A DNA stretch of 64,000 bases. Origin: Flavobacteriales bacterium. Its GTDB lineage: Bacteria; Bacteroidota; Bacteroidia; NS11-12g; UBA9320. Location of the stretch: contig JACJZT010000003.1 of NCBI GenBank assembly GCA_020635455.1, positions 70,261 to 134,260 of the forward strand, given 5' to 3'. The translations under genes and the position numbers were made by a program. The notes under the pieces were generated by a model, which saw nothing but the letters and a program-made list of their open reading frames with translations, was not told the DNA's origin and searched no databases. Of the stretch, positions 61,901 through 64,000 are shown piece after piece. Position 1 is the first letter of the stretch. Each line of letters begins with the position of its first letter.

Positions 61901-63110
61901 AATTAAGGATACTTATGTTGAAGATGGTGCTACTGCAATGGACAATAAAGATGGTAACATCACCAACACAATTTTGATTACAGGTTCTGTTAATACCAAT
62001 ATGGTTGGAACCTACATCGTTACTTACAGTGTAAATGACGTAGCAGGAAACAATGCAAGCAAGCAAAGAGTTGTTATCGTTCGCGATACTCAAAAACCTG
62101 TTATTACCAACAGTGACGCTGATGCCAGCAATAACGTTAAAGTTCAGATCGTATCTGTATTCATTGACAGAACTTCAGTAACAGACAACTACGACAAACC
62201 TCAGCTGGATGTTACTCCAGGTGTTGCCGGTCCGGTTGACACACGATTCAAAGGCACTTATCCAATGATCTACAATGCTACTGACGGTTCAGGTAACATG
62301 GCTGATACCAAAACCTATAACTACATTGTTGATGATTATGTTGGCCCTGCCATTAATCTTAACACTCTTGACACTATCCTGCATGATGTAAACAAAGCTT
62401 ACACACCTGTTCAGGCTACTGCATCTGATAATTACTATGACAATTCTCAGGTTTCTTTAACCAGATCTTCTAACGTCGATGCTTACAAACTTGGTTTATA
62501 TTACGATGAGTTCGTAGCTACGGATGGTAGTGGTAACAAAACAACCAGAAGACGTTATGTTAGAGTTGTTGACAGAGTTGCTCCTGTAATTAACGGATAC
62601 AACTTAAACGTTGGTTTGTACTCAAACATAGATGCAACTGAAGGTGTTGCTGTTACAGATAATTACGATTCTCCACAGGCATTGCGTCCAAGACTGGAAA
62701 TTTTAATTAACAACCTAAACACTTACGAGGAAGGTATGTATACTATTTCTTTCCAGGTGTCTGACTTAAGTGGAAACGTTAGTGCTCCATATCAAAGACT
62801 TATTTGGGTAAGCCGATTGTTCCCAACCATTACAGGTGACGTGAAAGACATTAACCCTGAAAAGGCCATCAATGTTTATCCTAATCCTACCAATGGAGAA
62901 GTTAACATAAGCTACAATTTTGCTACTCCGGAAGATGTTACCATTATGGTATTCAACTCAACCGGTGCTTTGGTTAAATCTGTAAACAACGTTCATGGAC
63001 AAAGTGGTATTGAAACCATTGATCTTAGCAACGAAGCAAATGGACTATACCATGTAAGAATGATGGTAGCCGGTAAGCAAATTACCAGAACCATTTCTTT
63101 AAATAAGTAA
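58941..63110 (+). CDS. large T9SS-secreted surface adhesin-like protein (GEVED domains, DUF5011/Ig-like repeats, type A CTD)
   Basis: A signal peptide, two GEVED-type motifs (GETEDYTIDL and GEFEDYTVVI), at least five ~70-aa repeats of the DUF5011 pattern (Y.E.GATA.D..DG.I...V.I.G.V....GTY.VTY.V.D.AGN), and a C-terminal ~80 aa matching the T9SS CTD (INVYPNPTNGEVNI...GLYHVRM...). Confidence 0.75.
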   Translation: MTKKFTTKHKLLGFILMILGLMGSSSFNQTQAQSYCEGYSYYGCAYSSYYYFPIERVNVKDVSGNYLLQKPADACNQGFITSTNSVGNGYSLVSTKPSFSLSSGSKYTLETSASYGYIGYGGTYSVYIYCWIDLNRDGVFSSNEYMSNGWSQMNTGGKEPFTGGPLTANTFTVPCGVKAGTSRMRLMSSYSYQLNANSPCPTGISGSPTYYYGETEDYTIDLANPTSLAAGFYMPTSAFVGTPIKMTNNNQTGYIAHQWDIDDDGSIEYVTTNATHIFNSVGNRCVRLKSQNCLGRDSVLRCINIVNPTSKPIVDFASNTNEVERFGTVDFIDLSQNGPTYWSWYMFDPKDSVNTRIDVETYNNNLVGNDPYTNANPEVFFNTIGTYTVCLQTSNNLGPSSVLCKPNYIRVTPFKDNNLGAGTVQPIYEQSGNLIDDGGRTGNYSNNRVDYATIIPCGAKKINLQFHQFKVASGDILRVYDGIDATGTPLHTGNGFTAGNSPSLTTPIVATSGALYVYFTSNGSGNDSGFIASWTTERGPIVPPDADFDIPDTLYNPNTYTFINTSLNALGKADFVWDIEPGYGEVAYTKDLEYAILTDNTYDVRLTVSTCMGTDYKIKKVVVVTPHKRADVDFVADNRRPNTGQTVNFEALNPKPNKAIKTNMYQWDFFPATISYVNSTTANDPKISVTFNAKGKYTASLRAWNSLDSAATSVTVIKADYIIAVEHCTPLLGVSSSTDVAINEVILTDKDNVELINNKSENNDLGYDDYTNTNIKADLQYGSTYEIMISRNTNVNPMTRKVWIDWNIDGDFIDAGELVASEAAGTNNSFTAKFTVPDYTKAFEGKSRMRIGASYSNDPNLPCGASSGVNNANRIGEFEDYTVVITNDNQPPVLALNNDDTLYLEVGSTYTEYGATATDPTEGDISSKVVITSDLDMLFTGIYFLTYNVTDAGGNKALPVTRVVYVVKDQTAPVLTLNGSDTVYLEVIKDTYVEDGATAMDNKDGNITNTILITGSVNTNMVGTYIVTYSVNDVAGNNASKQRVVIVRDTQKPVITNSDADASNNVKVQIVSVFIDRTSVTDNYDKPQLDVTPGVAGPVDTRFKGTYPMIYNATDGSGNMADTKTYNYIVDDYVGPAINLNTLDTILHDVNKAYTPVQATASDNYYDNSQVSLTRSSNVDAYKLGLYYDEFVATDGSGNKTTRRRYVRVVDRVAPVINGYNLNVGLYSNIDATEGVAVTDNYDSPQALRPRLEILINNLNTYEEGMYTISFQVSDLSGNVSAPYQRLIWVSRLFPTITGDVKDINPEKAINVYPNPTNGEVNISYNFATPEDVTIMVFNSTGALVKSVNNVHGQSGIETIDLSNEANGLYHVRMMVAGKQITRTISLNK

Positions 63111-63130
63111 AACCTAAACCTTTATATTCC

Positions 63131-63168
63131 AAGAGGCTGTCTCAATTGAGGCAGCCTCTTTTTTTTGC
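63131..63168 (+). terminator. rho-independent terminator after the adhesin gene
   Basis: A perfect 9-bp stem (AAGAGGCTG / CAGCCTCTT) with a palindromic loop, followed by a T8 run. Confidence 0.7.
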
Positions 63169-63592
63169 TGTATTTTTAAAATAAAGTAAATCGTACTTAA
63201 ACAAGGGACGTTATTTGAATGGATATTAACTTAAAATAATTATGGCCGTGTTAAGGGCTCTTGCCTGTTAATTAATTGAATACAATTACTAAAAACCAAA
63301 AGATAGAATTCGGTGAAAATTTTACCGTAACCCGGGTTCTTGTCAATCCTCTACCTCCACGGAAAGAATTTAATAGAGAATGAGAATAATTTTACAACTT
63401 TATTTATTGCAATGACTGCCTTAAAGGATAACCGTAAAAATTGATTTCAGCTTCAATTCTGTAACCTTTATGTTTCTCAACGAACCTAATTTGGTAAGGG
63501 TTGTCCATAGCTAATTGCAGAAAACGATGGTGGTATAAAAAAACCGTCCCTGAAAATTTCAAAGACGGTTTTTGTGTGAGAATATTTTAGAA

Positions 63593-64000
63593 TTAATATC
63601 TGTAAGTCTCTGATTTAAATGGACCCTGCACATCAACTCCGATATATTTTGCCTGATCGGGCGTAAGGGTCGTAAGTTCGGCGCCTACATGCTGAAGGTG
63701 CAATTTGGCAACTTTTTCATCGAGATGTTTTGGTAAAACATATACCTTATTTTCATAATTGCCGCTGTTGTTCCACAATTCAATTTGTGCAAGAGTTTGA
63801 TTGGTAAATGAATTTGACATTACGAATGAAGGATGCCCCATTCCAACACCAAGGTTAACCAATCGACCTTCGGCTAGAAGAATCACCTCTTTGCCCCCAA
63901 CATTATAAACATCTACCTGTGGCTTTACCGTGTACTTGGTGCTTCCATAGTTCTTGTTAAGGTATGCAACATCGATCTCATTATCGAAATGCCCGATATT
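63593..64000 (-). CDS. ahcY: adenosylhomocysteinase, C-terminal part (gene continues beyond the window end)
   Basis: A conserved SAHH C-terminus (GRLVNLG...[17 protein letters not shown]...[18 protein letters not shown]...GA.LT.LT..QA.YIGV...GPFK...YRY). The open frame runs to nt 64000. Confidence 0.85.
   Translation of the reverse strand, partial: NIGHFDNEIDVAYLNKNYGSTKYTVKPQVDVYNVGGKEVILLAEGRLVNLGVGMGHPSFVMSNSFTNQTLAQIELWNNSGNYENKVYVLPKHLDEKVAKLHLQHVGAELTTLTPDQAKYIGVDVQGPFKSETYRY

Noticed and set aside
1-64000. CRISPR arrays, transposases, integrases and prophage modules
   Set aside because: I scanned for regularly spaced direct repeats and for DDE or tyrosine-recombinase-like ORFs and found none. 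The only tandem repeats are the coding collagen triplets and the protein-level DUF5011 modules.

Overview
This 64 kb window looks like a low-GC (about 38%) Bacteroidota chromosome segment, most likely Flavobacteriia-like. Supporting signs are T9SS C-terminal sorting domains on two secreted proteins, a GldB-like gliding lipoprotein beside nadE, a frdCAB-type succinate dehydrogenase/fumarate reductase operon, many lipoproteins, and a TAnnTTTG -7 promoter motif. The window is mostly housekeeping genes: two tandem cytochrome c peroxidases (the first truncated at the window start), an RND efflux operon (MFP-permease-OMF), gap, yqgE, kdsC, fdx-iscX, lysC, sdhCAB, pyrD, nadC, an Ald-family enzyme, mltD-like, purN, acnA, a NIF3-family gene, yhhQ, pyrE, coaD, nadE, a GldB-like gene, chrA, hutI, a GT2, a VIT transporter, and the 3' end of ahcY truncated at the window end. 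There is one tRNA-Glu(TTC) on the minus strand. I found no CRISPR array and no transposase or integrase. The most unusual element is one membrane protein next to the tRNA. It combines an N-terminal cytoplasmic TIR domain, one TM helix, and a C-terminal DUF1566 (Lcl-C-like) periplasmic domain, which is a Toll-like-receptor-style architecture. It sits in a small island-like insert between the efflux operon and gap. Other items worth a look: a collagen-like GXY-repeat protein with a C1q-like C-terminal domain, preceded by a minimal T9SS-CTD-only protein; a roughly 480 bp non-coding element flanked by 14-bp inverted repeats with a C-rich core between coaD and nadE; a 1170-aa putative outer-membrane protein; a 1389-aa GEVED/DUF5011-type T9SS adhesin; and tandem paralogous lipoproteins.
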